From contig CAYFMX010000005.1 of NCBI GenBank assembly GCA_964344325.1, forward strand, positions 9,013-73,012: 64,000 bases of DNA, in the 5' to 3' direction. The stretch is from an uncultured Piscirickettsiaceae bacterium (GTDB lineage Bacteria; Pseudomonadota; Gammaproteobacteria; GCF-002020875). Position numbers and translations under genes: made by a program. The notes under the pieces were generated by a model. It had not been told where the DNA came from and did no database searches. It saw nothing but the letters and a program-made list of their open reading frames with translations. Below, one piece after another: positions 1-9,668 of the stretch (position 1 is the stretch's first letter; each line of letters starts with the position of its first letter).

Positions 1-3
1 TTA

Positions 4-1044
4 TTGCAAGCAATGGCAAAAATTTCTGCGCAACAACCCGTTTTATATGTGACGGGTGAGGAGTCGATCCGGCAAATTTCATTGCGGGCAAAACGGTTGG
101 AGGTCGATCAAGCTGCGCTGGATTTACTCACTGAAACGCAGGTTGAGGCGGTCATTGCCACTGCGCAAAATCGCAAGCCACAGGTGATGGTAGTCGATTC
201 AATCCAGACGATTTATACGGAGTCGTTGCAGTCTGCACCAGGTTCGGTGGCGCAGGTGCGCGAGAGTACGGCGCGGCTGGTGCGGTTTGCGAAACAAGCA
301 GGAATCACTATTTTTCTGGTCGGACATGTCACGAAAGAGGGTTCGCTGGCAGGGCCTCGGGTACTGGAGCATATGGTCGATACGGTGCTCTATTTTGAAG
401 GCGAGGGCGGCAACCGTTTTCGGGTGATTCGGGCGATCAAAAACCGTTTTGGCGCAGTCAATGAAATTGGCGTGTTTGCAATGACCGAGACTGGGTTGAA
501 AGAGGTGTCCAATCCATCAGCGATTTTCTTGTCGCGGCATGAGCAGCCGGTTTCAGGCAGTGTAACGATGGTGACGCGGGAGGGGACTCGCCCGATGCTA
601 GTGGAGGTGCAGGCGTTGGTCGATCAGAGTCATCTCGGTAATCCGCGCCGGGTGACGGTAGGACTGGAGCAGAACCGGCTCGCAATGTTGCTGGCGGTAT
701 TGCATCGGCATGGTGGCATTGCGGTGCATGACCAAGATATTTTCGTCAATGTAGTCGGCGGCGTGCGTGTGACCGAGCCCGCGGCCGATTTGGCGGTGAT
801 GTTGGCGGTGCTCTCCAGTTTGCGCAACCAGCCCGTTCCAGTCGGCACTATCGTGTTTGGTGAGGTGGGGTTAGTCGGCGAAGTGCGTCCCGTTCCCGGC
901 GGCGAAGAACGGCTTCAGGAAGCGGCGAAACATGGCTTTACGCGTGCGATTTTGCCGAAGGCGAATCAGCCAAAGCGCGCGGTTTCTGGTGTGGAAGTGA
1001 TTGCAGCGTCAAGGTTGTCGGAAGTGTTGGATGCGTTGCGGTAA
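4..1044 (+). CDS. radA: DNA repair protein RadA/Sms, C-terminal part (5' end cut by window edge)
   Basis: Translation has RadA hallmarks (KNRFGAVNEIGVFAMTETGL, Lon-like C-terminal domain). ORF runs to the window start. Confidence 0.9.
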   Translation: MQAMAKISAQQPVLYVTGEESIRQISLRAKRLEVDQAALDLLTETQVEAVIATAQNRKPQVMVVDSIQTIYTESLQSAPGSVAQVRESTARLVRFAKQAGITIFLVGHVTKEGSLAGPRVLEHMVDTVLYFEGEGGNRFRVIRAIKNRFGAVNEIGVFAMTETGLKEVSNPSAIFLSRHEQPVSGSVTMVTREGTRPMLVEVQALVDQSHLGNPRRVTVGLEQNRLAMLLAVLHRHGGIAVHDQDIFVNVVGGVRVTEPAADLAVMLAVLSSLRNQPVPVGTIVFGEVGLVGEVRPVPGGEERLQEAAKHGFTRAILPKANQPKRAVSGVEVIAASRLSEVLDALR

Positions 1045-1089
1045 TATTATTCTAGATTCTGTTGTTGGAATGATGAGATGGAGTTGTAG

Positions 1090-1869
1090 ATGGTGAACCG
1101 GGAAAAGATCGAACGTCTAAAAGGACGGCGTCAAGAACAGCTTCGGGAACTACGAGAGAATCAAGTACCAGAAGTGGAGATGCAGGAACGGTATAACGGC
1201 CTAGATAGGAGTATGGCTCATGCGCGGAATCGGCTGATCTTTTTTGTGTTATTTGCGATTTATTGCCTGTTAGCGATCTTCGGTACTACAGACAAGATGA
1301 TCTTTATGGAATCTCCGCTCAGTATGCCGCTGCTAGGGATTGAATTGCCGCTTAAAACATTCTACATTTTTATGCCTATATTGTTATTGGCATTGCATTT
1401 TAATTTGCTTTATACCTACGAAGCACATAAGCAACTTTTACTGGAAGAATATCGTAGCGACAGGATGATATTATTTAGAAAGTTGCATTTTGGATTTTAT
1501 GAAAGCATTTTGCTAGGAGCCAAGCGGTCAGAGTCTAGTAAGGTGTTAGTAGCATTCCTATGTGGCGTGATGATGCTATTGCTTTACTGGCTTGCGCCGT
1601 TCACATTGATAGCATTTTGGTTTCGATTTGCTGATTATCAAGATTGGTGGATTACAACGTTCCATTTTACAATGATATGGATATCTGTTTTTATTCCATT
1701 TTTTTTGTTTCGGAAAATACTTCGTTTTGGCTCTAATAAAAAATTATCTCTTTTAAAATTTTATATATACATATTGGTTTTTTTTATTGTCGGATATCAC
1801 TTTTTTGTTTTCACTCCTATTGCAAAGCAGTTGCCGGATAATTGGACAAAAGCGGAGGAAGCACGTTGA
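1090..1869 (+). CDS. hypothetical polytopic membrane protein (charged N-terminus, about 6 TM helices), AT-rich
   Basis: 259-aa ORF with a charged coiled N-terminus followed by multiple hydrophobic segments. Sharp GC drop relative to radA. Confidence 0.5.
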   Translation: MVNREKIERLKGRRQEQLRELRENQVPEVEMQERYNGLDRSMAHARNRLIFFVLFAIYCLLAIFGTTDKMIFMESPLSMPLLGIELPLKTFYIFMPILLLALHFNLLYTYEAHKQLLLEEYRSDRMILFRKLHFGFYESILLGAKRSESSKVLVAFLCGVMMLLLYWLAPFTLIAFWFRFADYQDWWITTFHFTMIWISVFIPFFLFRKILRFGSNKKLSLLKFYIYILVFFIVGYHFFVFTPIAKQLPDNWTKAEEAR

Positions 1870-1878
1870 TTCGATGAT

Positions 1879-2979
1879 TTGGATGATTTGAAAGATTTGG
1901 AAGATAAAATAAATTATGGTTTTTTTTGGATTTTTAATGGTGAGTGGTTTTTGCCGAGATTGGTATTGAGAAGCGAGACATGGCTTTCAATAGATAAGGA
2001 TGATTTGTATGTTTTGAAAGAAACGAGAAAACTTCCAATAAATGATATAATAGAAACCGGATATCCGATTTCTAAGCTTCATATAGGTAGAAAATTTCGT
2101 TTGACAGTAATTTCTAACTGTAATATTCCATGGATGGGGTTTTCCCGATCAGAATTTCAACAGGCATCCATATATGGTACAGACATGCAGGGTGCAATAT
2201 TGATAAAATCAAAAATGCAGCAAGCTAGTTTGATAAAGGTGGATTTTCGAGATGCAAAATTACATATGGCAGATTTACGAGAAACAGATCTTAAAATGTC
2301 AAATTTACAGGGCGCAGATTTGTATCATGCGGATCTAAGTGATGCACTTTTGATAAGGACGAAAATGCAGAAAACTAATTTAAAGCATGCGAAATTACAG
2401 GGGGCGAATCTTTCTGGAGCGAATCTTTATAAGGCAAATTTACAAGAAGCAGATTTAGCGAAAGCAAATTTACAGAAAGCAGATTTATTAGGTGCAAATT
2501 TACAAGGCGCAGATTTGCAGGACACAGAGATGCAGGATGTAAATTTATGGCGTGTAGACTTGCGAGGTGCAAATTTATCTCGGGCGAATTTACAGGATGC
2601 AGATTTGTGGGGGGCAAGTTTACAAAGTGCAAATTTATGGAATACAAGATTGATAGGAGCCTCTTTGGAAGAGGTACAATTACAAGGGGCTATTTTAGAA
2701 AAGACAATATTTAGGAAAGAAGATATAGATAAATTATCTCGTTTAGGATTAAGTAATAAAAAATTAGATAAGCGCACTATGTTAGAAATTGAGAAAATAT
2801 TAGTGTCAAGAATTAAAAAAATTGAGCAAAGATTGAAGAAAGATAAAATTAGACATAACATAATTATAGTTCTAGAAGAAGAAAAAGAAATGATACAAGA
2901 GTCGGTCAGAATCTTAAGAAAGGCGTTGGGTAAAACTTCTAAGGAATGGATTGCTGATGAGCATAAAATATATCAATGA
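1879..2979 (+). CDS. pentapeptide-repeat protein with C-terminal coiled-coil tail
   Basis: Long run of A(N/D)LxxA(D/N)L pentapeptide repeats (ANLQGADLYHADLSDALL...), then a K/E-rich helical tail. Start is TTG at 1879 and uncertain. Confidence 0.8.
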   Translation: MDDLKDLEDKINYGFFWIFNGEWFLPRLVLRSETWLSIDKDDLYVLKETRKLPINDIIETGYPISKLHIGRKFRLTVISNCNIPWMGFSRSEFQQASIYGTDMQGAILIKSKMQQASLIKVDFRDAKLHMADLRETDLKMSNLQGADLYHADLSDALLIRTKMQKTNLKHAKLQGANLSGANLYKANLQEADLAKANLQKADLLGANLQGADLQDTEMQDVNLWRVDLRGANLSRANLQDADLWGASLQSANLWNTRLIGASLEEVQLQGAILEKTIFRKEDIDKLSRLGLSNKKLDKRTMLEIEKILVSRIKKIEQRLKKDKIRHNIIIVLEEEKEMIQESVRILRKALGKTSKEWIADEHKIYQ

Positions 2980-3898
2980 GATTAATTTTATTTTGACGGG
3001 TATGTTGATGACTGTTGTACCAGCGGTAATGGCGGAAGCAACTGTATATGGTCAGGCTGGAGCGTGGTTAGAAAATAGCGACCGTACAGGTAACTCTGGT
3101 GGTACTTCCGGTGTAGATGTTAAACAAGATAACCGTCTTGGTTTTAAAAGAGCTGAAGATTTAGGCGGTGGGTTGACTGCGATTTATAAATCTGAATTCC
3201 AGACTCAGTCTGAAAAAGAAGACACTAGCGATGAAGTTACTTTACGTGATCAATATGTCGGTGTTTCTGGTAATTTTGGTAAAGTACTTCTAGGTCGAAT
3301 GGAATTACCAACTGCTGTAGATGAAAGCAGTTACACTGATGATGCAGCTGCGTATGTTTCTCCAAAGAATAGTGGCTTGCAGGCAATAGTTTCGACATTG
3401 AAAGGTAGTCATATTAATAGTGCGCTAAATGATGAGAGTGTTGTAAAACTGACTTATAAAAATGGTCCGTTAGATCTTTCTATAGGTATGCATGATCAGA
3501 AAACAAATTCTAGTGACAGAGTTCATGTAGGAACAGGGGATACTTTCGGTAGCGTTCAGTTAGGTTCACAGTCTATTGGTTATGGTTCAGCACAGGCTGG
3601 TATTTATACTAGTGCTAATGAGGGGAAATATGATAGTACTGTTGCTCAAGATAATGCGGTTGATTTAGCTGCTTCCTATAAATTAGGGAACAATGTATTG
3701 AAAGTAGTGCATTCGCGTACAGAAGCAGAAGATTCCGATGCGTATAAAGATATTGATAATGAAATTACACAAACTGCAATTGAATTAGAGCATAAACTTT
3801 CCAAGCGCACATCTGCCTATGTAAATTTTAATGATCATAATGGTAGAGTATATGATGAAGAGCAATTAGATATAATTGGCTTGATTCACGGATTCTAA
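2951..3898 (+). CDS. secreted outer-membrane porin-like protein (Gram-negative porin superfamily, tentative)
   Basis: Signal peptide (…VVPAVMA/EA). Mature N-terminus AEATVYGQAGAWLEN resembles general porins. Alternating beta-strand pattern and C-terminal …IGLIHGF ending in Phe, typical of OMP barrels. Confidence 0.5.
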   Translation: MLMSIKYINEINFILTGMLMTVVPAVMAEATVYGQAGAWLENSDRTGNSGGTSGVDVKQDNRLGFKRAEDLGGGLTAIYKSEFQTQSEKEDTSDEVTLRDQYVGVSGNFGKVLLGRMELPTAVDESSYTDDAAAYVSPKNSGLQAIVSTLKGSHINSALNDESVVKLTYKNGPLDLSIGMHDQKTNSSDRVHVGTGDTFGSVQLGSQSIGYGSAQAGIYTSANEGKYDSTVAQDNAVDLAASYKLGNNVLKVVHSRTEAEDSDAYKDIDNEITQTAIELEHKLSKRTSAYVNFNDHNGRVYDEEQLDIIGLIHGF

Positions 3899-3920
3899 TA
3901 TGTTCTAGGTTTGTGCTGTG

Positions 3921-3949
3921 AAAAACCGTCCTTCGGGACGGTTTTTTTG
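3921..3949 (+). terminator. rho-independent terminator after porin-like gene
   Basis: aaaaaccgtccttcgggacggttttttt: GC stem, ttcg loop, T-run. Confidence 0.8.
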
Positions 3950-4062
3950 TTACAGATTGAGCAAGTCTTCCGGTGCAATGTACTATTCCTTGTGATCAGT
4001 GATACCAGTCATGCCTATTTCAGACTTGTGAAACCATTGGTATAGATTGAGTAAATCAGAAC

Positions 4063-4311
4063 ATGGAAGAATGTGTCTATTTGCAGGATGCAAAATATGT
4101 GGATGGATTTCGGATATTTTTGACATTTAATACCGGTGAATCCGGCGAGGTGGATTTACAAGATATTGTTCAACAATATGAAATTGCTGCGCCATTGCGT
4201 GAACCAGAACAATTTTCCAAATTCTATTTAGATTCGTGGCCTACATTGGCTTGGAAGTGCGGGTTTGATGTTGCGCCAGAGAAGCTATACCGTAGAGCTA
4301 TACGGGGATAG
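4063..4311 (+). CDS. DUF2442-domain protein (orphan)
   Basis: YVDGFRIFLTFNTGESGEVDL … DVAPEKLY matches the DUF2442 pattern. Paralogous to 8851..9093. Confidence 0.7.
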   Translation: MEECVYLQDAKYVDGFRIFLTFNTGESGEVDLQDIVQQYEIAAPLREPEQFSKFYLDSWPTLAWKCGFDVAPEKLYRRAIRG

Positions 4312-4364
4312 AAAAAGTGATTTGCACGGAGTGGAAAAAACAGCAAAAGGAAGAGGGATAAGGG

Positions 4365-4988
4365 ATGGCACGCCTAAAACTGGAGGAAGGGAAAAAATAC
4401 ACCTTCACGGATTATTTCAATTTCAATTGTGAGCCGAAAGAGATTGCAGCGGCGTTGGAATACGATTTTCAGGTGCGCAAATTGACATTGCCGCATGTCG
4501 ATTATCCAGAGCCAGAGGAAATCGCACGGCTGCGGCAGGTGCTGAACGAAGGACTGCCAAAAATCGGGATGGGATCGGAGATGGCAAAGCGGGAATTTCT
4601 GATTGCGCCAGTGCTTTTTGCAGTAATCCGATACGCCGATGTGGAGATGGATGTCGAATATCCAATTCAGGTAGATGACCGGCTGTCCGGTTCACTAGAT
4701 TATCTGTTGCGTGCAGCGCGGGAAATGGTGGTGATTGAAGCGAAACGGGGTGATCCGGATCATGGCTTCAACCAGTTAATCGCAGAGATGGTGGCGTTGG
4801 ATCAAGCCGAGGATGAAGAGATTCGCTCAGACCAGATTTATGGCGCGGTCAGTATTGGCAGTTTGTGGCAATTCGGCATTCTGCATCGGGCAAAAAAGAA
4901 AATTGAGCGTGATGTACAAATTTATTCTGTGCCAAACGACTTGGAATCGTTATTCGGTGTTTTATTGGGTATTTTACAGTCGAAATGA
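4365..4988 (+). CDS. hypothetical protein with PD-(D/E)xK nuclease-like motif
   Basis: …SLDYLL…VVIEAKRGD gives a D…(E)xK arrangement typical of restriction-endonuclease-fold proteins. No closer family assignment possible by eye. Confidence 0.45.
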   Translation: MARLKLEEGKKYTFTDYFNFNCEPKEIAAALEYDFQVRKLTLPHVDYPEPEEIARLRQVLNEGLPKIGMGSEMAKREFLIAPVLFAVIRYADVEMDVEYPIQVDDRLSGSLDYLLRAAREMVVIEAKRGDPDHGFNQLIAEMVALDQAEDEEIRSDQIYGAVSIGSLWQFGILHRAKKKIERDVQIYSVPNDLESLFGVLLGILQSK

Positions 4989-5122
4989 ATGAATATGCGT
5001 TGTTTGACTGTTTAATAGACTTGTTTCTTCAAACTAAATCATATGTTTAAGCACATGGTTTAGAAGGTGGAAACAACCCTGATGTATAATCCACCAAGTT
5101 TTAGAAACTTATATTTCCCAAT

Positions 5123-6043
5123 ATGGCACTCAACATCACCTTCCGGCAACTGCGCGTTTTTGAATCAGTTGCCAAACACTCCAGCTTCACCCGCGCTGCC
5201 GAGGCGTTACACCTGACGCAACCAGCAGTTTCGATGCAGATCAAGCAACTGGAAGAGCACGTTGGTCTGCCACTATTCGACAATATCGGTAAAAAAGTAT
5301 TCCTGACAGAAGCGGGCAAGGCATTTTTTGAATACAGCAAATCGATCAGCCAACAACTTGACGAGGCGGAAAAATATATTGAGAGCGTGCAGGGCGTGCA
5401 TCGCGGCCATCTCAATTTAATGGTGGCGAGTACCGCCAACTATTTTGCGACCAACCTGCTGGCGACCTTCATCCGCCGCCATCCGGAAATCACCTTTTCG
5501 CTCAGCGTTACCAACCGCAAGCGCATTTTGCAGAGCCTTGCCGACAACGAGCCGGATCTAGTCATCATGGGGCAGCCACCGTTCAATCTCGACGTGGTAG
5601 CCGAGGCGTTTCTGGAAAATCCGTTGGTGGTAATCGCGGAAAAAAACCATCCGCTGACGAAGCGCAAACGAAAAATTTCACCCGTGGAATTGTTGGAAGA
5701 GTCATTCGTGATGCGTGAGCCGGGTTCCGGAACCCGCACTGCGATGGAGCGGTTTTTCTCGGATCGCGGTCTCAGTGTTGAGCAGCGGATGCAGTTCGGC
5801 AGCAACGAGGCAATCAAACAGGCGGTGCAAGCGGGACTAGGGTTAGCAGTCGTTTCGGCGCACACGATCCAGTTGGAGCAACAAGCGAATATGCTGAAAG
5901 TGCTGGATGTGGCGGAATTTCCAATCCGCCGCCAGTGGCATCTCGTTTATCGCAAAGGGAAATATTTATCACCCGTGGTCGATGCGTTCCGCCAGTTCGT
6001 GCTGGAAGAAGGCACTTCGCTGTCATTGAACACATCACCTTAA
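5123..6043 (+). CDS. LysR-family transcriptional regulator, CbbR-like
   Basis: N-terminus MALNITFRQLRVFESVAKHSSFTRAAEALHLTQPAVSMQIKQLEE is nearly the CbbR HTH signature. 306 aa. No cbb genes are adjacent. Confidence 0.85.
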   Translation: MALNITFRQLRVFESVAKHSSFTRAAEALHLTQPAVSMQIKQLEEHVGLPLFDNIGKKVFLTEAGKAFFEYSKSISQQLDEAEKYIESVQGVHRGHLNLMVASTANYFATNLLATFIRRHPEITFSLSVTNRKRILQSLADNEPDLVIMGQPPFNLDVVAEAFLENPLVVIAEKNHPLTKRKRKISPVELLEESFVMREPGSGTRTAMERFFSDRGLSVEQRMQFGSNEAIKQAVQAGLGLAVVSAHTIQLEQQANMLKVLDVAEFPIRRQWHLVYRKGKYLSPVVDAFRQFVLEEGTSLSLNTSP

Positions 6044-6080
6044 AAAAACACATCGCTTTCAGAAGTATGTTGCTGACATA

Positions 6081-6114
6081 AAAAAACCACATCAAACGAT
6101 GTGGTTTTTTTATT
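6081..6114. terminator. bidirectional rho-independent terminator between convergent genes
   Basis: aaaaaaccacatc-aaac-gatgtggttttttt: A-run, perfect 9-bp stem, T-run. Confidence 0.8.
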
Positions 6115-6154
6115 TTCAAACTGACGTTTAAACGCCAGTTTGATACCGGCAAAC

Positions 6155-6778
6155 TTAGTAGTACATGCCGTACATACCACCGCCGTACATGCCGTAACCC
6201 TGCATACCACCGCCGTACATGCCGTTGCCATACATACCGCCGCCATACATGCCATAGCCCTGCATACCGCCGTACATGCCTGGATTCATGCTGCCATACA
6301 TACCGCCACCGTACATACCATAGCCCTGCATACCGCCATACATGCCTGGATTCATGCTGCCATACATACCGCCACCGTACATGCCGTAGCCCTGCATACC
6401 ACCATTGCCATACATACCGCCGTCGCCGTACATACCACCACCATACATGCCGTAGCCCTGCATGCCGCCGTTGCCGTACATGCTGCCACCTTGCATACCG
6501 CCGTACATGCTACCACCCTGCATGCTACCGCCCATGCTTGGATGGATCATCTGGTTTTCAATTGGTTTCTTCTTCTTTGCGTCCATAGAATTCATGGAGT
6601 TCATAGAAGCCATAGAGTTCATGGAACCCATAGAAGACATGGAATTCATAGATGCCATAGAGTTCATGGAATTCATGGAGTCCATACCCTTGGAAGCATC
6701 CGCCCCTTCGCCTGCAACGCCGGACATGGAGAACAATGCTGCAGCTACAGCAACGAACATCTGGTTTTTACGGATCAT
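6155..6778 (-). CDS. secreted low-complexity Met/Gly/Tyr-rich repeat protein
   Basis: Sec signal peptide (MIRKNQMFVAVAAALFSMSGVAG/EG). Then (SMN/SMA/SMG)n Met-rich block, KKKK linker, and about 12 GGMYG/MQGYGMYG repeats ending …MYY. The DNA carries matching tandem repeats. The antisense His-rich ORF 6140..6805 is treated as artefact. Confidence 0.6.
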   Translation of the reverse strand: MIRKNQMFVAVAAALFSMSGVAGEGADASKGMDSMNSMNSMASMNSMSSMGSMNSMASMNSMNSMDAKKKKPIENQMIHPSMGGSMQGGSMYGGMQGGSMYGNGGMQGYGMYGGGMYGDGGMYGNGGMQGYGMYGGGMYGSMNPGMYGGMQGYGMYGGGMYGSMNPGMYGGMQGYGMYGGGMYGNGMYGGGMQGYGMYGGGMYGMYY

Positions 6779-7110
6779 ATTGATTTATCTACCTTTTGTT
6801 GTTGAGGTTGATTTGTGGTTAAACCAGCCTGTAGCGCAGGCCGGATACACTCTCAAAGAAAGCCTTTTGAGGGTATCACAAAATCTCATGCAGATTTACA
6901 GATTCTTGCAAATTCTTGAAAATCCCGTGCAAATTTCCCCGGCTTTCTCAATGGTTTTCTGATTTTCTCGCAGATATTTCGTGGATTTTTTTACGAATTT
7001 TCGCCCACCAGCCTGATCCCAAAACAACTGGATAGCGTTCGCCAAATGACTTGTCTATAATGAATCCCTTTTTTCTCGGGAATTCTTCCCAACCGAATCT
7101 GGAGCAGCCT

Positions 7111-8574
7111 ATGTCCATCCGCCTTGTCGAACAAGCGCTTACCTTTGATGATGTCCTGTTGATCCCTGCCCGTTCTTCCGTGATGCCCCGCGATGTTTCG
7201 CTCAAGACCAAGTTGACCCGCGATATTGAATTGAATATCCCGATGGTCTCCGCCGCAATGGACACGGTAACAGAATCCCGGCTAGCCATCGCACTGGCGC
7301 AGGAAGGCGGCATCGGCATCATCCATAAAAATATGAGTCCGGCAGAACAGGCGGCAGAAGTCTCCAAGGTCAAACGCTTCGAGAGCGGCACAGTCACTGA
7401 TCCGATCACTGTCACTCCAAATACTACGGTGCGTGAGGCAATTGATTTGACCCGGCAACTCGGCTTTTCCGGTTTTCCGGTTGTGGATGGGGACAATCTG
7501 GTCGGTATCGTCACCAACCGCGATTTGCGCTTCGAAATTGCTCTGGACGAGAAAGTTTCCAAAGTGATGACACCGAAAGAAAAGCTGATCACGGTCAAAG
7601 AAGGCGTAAAGAAAGAAGAAGTACAAACCTTGCTCCACCAGCACCGCATTGAAAAAGTGCTAGTCGTAAATGACGATTTTCACCTGCGTGGCATGATTAC
7701 TGTGAAAGATATGATCAAGGCAACCGACAAACCGGATGCTTGCAAGGATGAGCAAGAACGGTTGCGGGCAGGTGCGGCGGTTGGTACAGGCGCGGATACG
7801 GAAGAGCGCGTGGAATTGCTCGCCAATGCAGGCGTGGATGTCATTGTAGTTGATACAGCGCACGGTCATTCGCAAGGCGTATTGGATCGCGTACGTTGGG
7901 TGAAGCAGAATTTCCCACAAGTACAGGTCATTGGTGGCAATATCGCCACAGGTGCAGCAGCACGGGATCTGGTCGAGATGGGTGCAGATGCGGTGAAAGT
8001 AGGCATTGGCCCTGGCTCCATTTGCACAACGCGTATTGTCGCGGGTGTCGGTGTACCGCAAATCACAGCTGTCGCGAATGTAGTGGAAGCCCTAAAAGGG
8101 ACGGGCGTTCCAGCAATTGCAGACGGCGGTATCCGCTATTCTGGTGATATGTCCAAAGCGATTGTTGCAGGTGCGCATTCGATTATGGTTGGTGGGATGT
8201 TCGCAGGAACGGAAGAGGCGCCGGGCGAAGTAGAACTGTTCCAGGGGCGTTCATACAAATCCTATCGCGGTATGGGTTCACTTGGTGCGATGCAGAAAGG
8301 CTCTAGCGACCGTTATTTTCAGGATAGCGACTCCAATGTTGAAAAACTGGTTCCGGAAGGGATTGAAGGGCGCGTCCCTTATAAGGGTGCAATGAGTGCG
8401 ATTGTCCACCAGATGATGGGCGGGTTGCGTTCCAGTATGGGCTATACCGGCTGCGCTAATCTGGAAGAGATGCGCACCAAACCGGAGTTTGTGCAAGTGA
8501 CGGGTGCGGGCATGAAAGAGAGTCATGTGCATGATGTGACCATCACTAAGGAAGCGCCGAATTATCGGGTGTAA
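7111..8574 (+). CDS. guaB: inosine-5'-monophosphate dehydrogenase
   Basis: [20 protein letters not shown] start, CBS pair, catalytic [11 protein letters not shown] loop. Track ORF 7051 trimmed to the conserved start. Confidence 0.95.
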   Translation: MSIRLVEQALTFDDVLLIPARSSVMPRDVSLKTKLTRDIELNIPMVSAAMDTVTESRLAIALAQEGGIGIIHKNMSPAEQAAEVSKVKRFESGTVTDPITVTPNTTVREAIDLTRQLGFSGFPVVDGDNLVGIVTNRDLRFEIALDEKVSKVMTPKEKLITVKEGVKKEEVQTLLHQHRIEKVLVVNDDFHLRGMITVKDMIKATDKPDACKDEQERLRAGAAVGTGADTEERVELLANAGVDVIVVDTAHGHSQGVLDRVRWVKQNFPQVQVIGGNIATGAAARDLVEMGADAVKVGIGPGSICTTRIVAGVGVPQITAVANVVEALKGTGVPAIADGGIRYSGDMSKAIVAGAHSIMVGGMFAGTEEAPGEVELFQGRSYKSYRGMGSLGAMQKGSSDRYFQDSDSNVEKLVPEGIEGRVPYKGAMSAIVHQMMGGLRSSMGYTGCANLEEMRTKPEFVQVTGAGMKESHVHDVTITKEAPNYRV

Positions 8575-8576
8575 CG

Positions 8577-8840
8577 ATGCCTGAAATTTGCCGCTTTTAT
8601 GGGATTATCATTTCGATTTTCTACGATGAGCATAATCCACCTCATTTTCATGCGCGTTACGGGAAAAGCAAGGTATCAATCAGCATCAAAACCTTGGAAA
8701 TTCTGGATGGAAATATCCCTCCTCGTGCATTGAAAATGGTCAAAGAATGGGCATCTGATCATCAGAAAGAATTAATGCAAGGCTGGGATTTGGCTCAATC
8801 CAATCAACCACCGTTAAAAATCAAGCCATTGGACGAATAG
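8577..8840 (+). CDS. DUF4160-domain protein
   Basis: FYGIIISIFYDEHNPPHFHARYG is the DUF4160 signature. Starts 3 nt after the guaB stop. Confidence 0.75.
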   Translation: MPEICRFYGIIISIFYDEHNPPHFHARYGKSKVSISIKTLEILDGNIPPRALKMVKEWASDHQKELMQGWDLAQSNQPPLKIKPLDE

Positions 8841-8850
8841 AGAAAAAATC

Positions 8851-9093
8851 ATGTTGCATGATGTAATTTCAGCTTCTCATATAGATGGATACAGAATCAA
8901 TCTTACATTTGATGATGGAAAAAGTGGAATTGTTGATTTTTCAGAATATCCTGCAAAAGGCGGTGTTTTTAGGCAATTTGAAGATATTGATTTTTTCAAG
9001 GATTTTTCGGTAAGCAATGATTTGGGAACGTTAGTTTGGAAAAATGAAATTGATGTTGCGCCGGAAACGCTTTATATAAAAGCAATAAGTTAA
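8851..9093 (+). CDS. DUF2442-domain protein (partner of DUF4160)
   Basis: IDGYRINLTFDDGKSGIVDFSEY … DVAPETLYIKAIS. Canonical DUF4160/DUF2442 pair arrangement. Confidence 0.75.
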   Translation: MLHDVISASHIDGYRINLTFDDGKSGIVDFSEYPAKGGVFRQFEDIDFFKDFSVSNDLGTLVWKNEIDVAPETLYIKAIS

Positions 9094-9111
9094 ATTATAG
9101 AAATTCTGGAT

Positions 9112-9438
9112 ATGGAAAACGCCGAACAGAAATGGGAAAGTTTTTTAAATCCGGACATTCTAAAGAAAAATCTAGTCTCTGCATCATTGTATATTGCCGC
9201 ATTTGAATCACTTAAAAATTCGATTATAGATAATTTACAATGTTTCTATTGTATCGAAATATATGAAAAAAACGAGTTATGTAAAGAATACAGGAAAAAG
9301 ATTCTTGCCAGAAATAAAAGCGCAGTATACGCATCACTTGATTGGTTCAAGGAAAATGGAGCAATTGAACAAAAGGATATTGAAAAATTTAACCAGATCA
9401 AAAATCTTCGCAATGATCTAAGTCATCTATCTATATGA
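9112..9438 (+). CDS. hypothetical protein, possibly the 5' part of a frameshifted gene continuing to about 9707
   Basis: 108-aa ORF. A +1-frame continuation (DLLGSYGLPSDFSGIFQELVDLQYKIDHWWIV… about 90 aa) begins within the last codons. Confidence 0.35.
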   Translation: MENAEQKWESFLNPDILKKNLVSASLYIAAFESLKNSIIDNLQCFYCIEIYEKNELCKEYRKKILARNKSAVYASLDWFKENGAIEQKDIEKFNQIKNLRNDLSHLSI

Positions 9439-9668
9439 TCTGCTTGGATCATATGGATTACCATCTGATTTTTCTGGAATTTTTCAAGAGCTAGTCGATC
9501 TCCAGTATAAAATTGACCATTGGTGGATAGTAAATATTGAAATCCCAACAAATCCGAATCTATCAAGTAAGAAAATTGATAAAAATAAAATAACTCCCGG
9601 CTCCATACTTGCCATTCAGATGATGCAAGATATTGCATTAGGTGAAGAAAAAGAATCAAAATACTATT

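Noticed and set aside
2375-2861. Two minus-strand ORFs (90 and 144 aa) inside the pentapeptide-repeat gene
   Set aside because: Low-complexity antisense translations of the ANLQGADL repeats; artefacts.
6140-6805. 221-aa His/Ala/Val/Thr-rich plus-strand ORF
   Set aside because: Exact antisense of the tandem repeats in the minus-strand gene. It has no signal peptide or RBS and starts inside the bidirectional terminator. The minus-strand product has a proper Sec signal peptide.
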